64,000 nt of DNA from Coraliomargarita sp. (GTDB lineage: Bacteria > Verrucomicrobiota > Verrucomicrobiia > Opitutales > Coraliomargaritaceae). Below the pieces are notes generated by a model. It worked only from the letters and a program-made list of their open reading frames with translations. It was not told the origin of the DNA and ran no database searches. Below are positions 62,882 to 64,000 of this stretch, in pieces. How positions within the stretch are numbered: position 1 is the first letter of the stretch; every line of letters begins with the position of its first letter. Where the stretch lies: NCBI GenBank assembly GCA_965216325.1, contig OZ244160.1:1568001-1632000 (forward strand), read 5' to 3'. Position numbers and translations under genes: made by a program.

Positions 62882-63631
62882 ATGCCAGAATTCGAAGAAA
62901 CCAGCTCCACGAGCAATCCTTCGCACAGTTACACGCCTAGCACCGACGCCAAACCACGCACTCGCCGCCGTAGCGGTGGATTCAAAAAAGAATACGGCAG
63001 CGCCCCCAAGGGTAACATGGGCGAAGTCGATCCAGTCGATGCTCTCAAATCTGAAAAGCTAAGCGGCGGCACTGAAGCTCCAGCAGCCGAAGCGCCGAAG
63101 CAGGAACGCACGCCAAAGGCTGACAAACCTGAGCGCAAAGAGCGCGCACCTCGCCAGAAGCGTGAGCCTCGCGAAGACGACACACCACGCGGCAACGCCG
63201 ATCCAAGCGAAGCCACCCTCGCTTCCATCAAGGTAGTCGAAGGCCGCATCGCTGAGCGTAAAGCTGAGCGTGACGCACGCTACGAAGAGCGCAAGAAGGC
63301 CCGCGCTGTAGAAAAGAAGGACAAGCCAGCGGCAAAGAAGACTGCCAACAAGCCTAAGGCTGCAGCAAAGAAGCAGCCAGCCAAGAAGAAGGGCTTGCTC
63401 GCATCCATCCTCAGCCTCTTTGGCCTCGGCCCAAAGGAGCCAGTCAAGAAGTCCGGCGGCAACCGCCAGGGCGGAGGCAACAAGGGCGGTCGCCCACAAG
63501 GTAAAGGCGGCAACCGCGGAGGCCAAAACCGCCGAGGCGGCAAGGGAGGCAATCGCGGTGGTCAAGGCCGTCGCGGTGGACGCGGCGGACAAAACCGTCG
63601 CCGTCGCCCAGAAGGCGCTCGCAGCGAATAA
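62882..63631 (+). CDS. Basic low-complexity protein with amphipathic helix and RGG-rich tail
   Basis: Codon style like neighbouring housekeeping genes, followed by a terminator; KKGLLASILSLFG; GGNRGG repeats. Confidence 0.8.
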   Translation: MPEFEETSSTSNPSHSYTPSTDAKPRTRRRSGGFKKEYGSAPKGNMGEVDPVDALKSEKLSGGTEAPAAEAPKQERTPKADKPERKERAPRQKREPREDDTPRGNADPSEATLASIKVVEGRIAERKAERDARYEERKKARAVEKKDKPAAKKTANKPKAAAKKQPAKKKGLLASILSLFGLGPKEPVKKSGGNRQGGGNKGGRPQGKGGNRGGQNRRGGKGGNRGGQGRRGGRGGQNRRRRPEGARSE

Positions 63632-63644
63632 GCTTTAGTAAGTC

Positions 63645-63678
63645 AGGAGCCGCAGCCCAAAACTGCGGCTCCTTTTTT
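63645..63678 (+). terminator. Intrinsic terminator
   Basis: aggagccgcag / ctgcggctcct stem followed by T run. Confidence 0.88.
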
Positions 63679-63681
63679 CCC

Positions 63682-63721
63682 AATTCTACTTCTAACTTCT
63701 CACTCCCAGCTTCATACTTCT
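63682..63721 (+). repeat. Pyrimidine-rich heptamer array before murA
   Basis: aattct-acttct-aacttct-cactccc-agcttca-tacttct. Confidence 0.7.
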
Positions 63722-63727
63722 CAAACA

Positions 63728-64000
63728 ATGGACGTCTTCAAGGTCACCGGTAACGGACCACTCAAAGGTGAAATCGCCGTCGGCGGCGCAAAAAATGCCG
63801 CCCTTCCCATCCTCGCAGCCACCCTGTTGACCGACGAAACCGTCGTCCTGAAAAACGTCCCCGACCTGAGCGATATGCGCTTCATGGTCGAGATCCTCCA
63901 GCACGTCGGTGCCGAGGTCAACCAGCCCGAACCCGGCACTTGGCAAATCACTGCCAAAGAGCTTACCCACATCGCACCCTACGAACTGGTGCGCAAAATG
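63728..64000 (+). CDS. murA: UDP-N-acetylglucosamine 1-carboxyvinyltransferase, N-terminal part (runs off the window)
   Basis: Translated by hand: MDVFKVTGNGPLKGEIAVGGAKNAALPILAATLL...NVPDLSD. Confidence 0.95.
   Translation, partial: MDVFKVTGNGPLKGEIAVGGAKNAALPILAATLLTDETVVLKNVPDLSDMRFMVEILQHVGAEVNQPEPGTWQITAKELTHIAPYELVRKM

Overview
A gene-dense bacterial chromosomal window. Gene content and style suggest a marine Verrucomicrobiota (Opitutales/Puniceicoccaceae-like) organism; that is an inference, not a lookup. Housekeeping genes: pdhA-B-C, slyD, glnD, a GAF histidine kinase, dsbD with a redoxin, rny, polX, menE/menC, guaB, purA, thrH, pnuC with a NadR-like kinase, recF, a cysteine desulfurase, oligopeptidase A, dUTPase and the start of murA. 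Accessory or unusual content: (1) a four-helix-bundle gene inside the pdh operon, bracketed by inverted 7-nt repeat arrays, with related gene-less inverted pairs and single arms elsewhere; (2) a ~15 kb AraC-headed cluster of four paralogous secreted sulfatase-family enzymes that appear to lack the second catalytic His, plus a phosphatase and four outer-membrane barrel proteins but no glycoside hydrolases; (3) many GTAG...CTAC REP-like palindromes of several families, including a TTCGAC-type mini-element inserted into other palindromes' hairpins and one REP doublet read in frame inside menC; (4) a single-chain E1alpha-E1beta-lipoyl-E2 2-oxoacid dehydrogenase; (5) BLUF next to an ECF sigma/vWA pair, a P-type ATPase derivative lacking catalytic domains, vapBC, one nonsense pseudogene and two candidate non-coding RNAs. 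No CRISPR array, rRNA, tRNA, transposase, integrase or reverse transcriptase was seen. All calls come from motif recognition by eye; no database searches were run.
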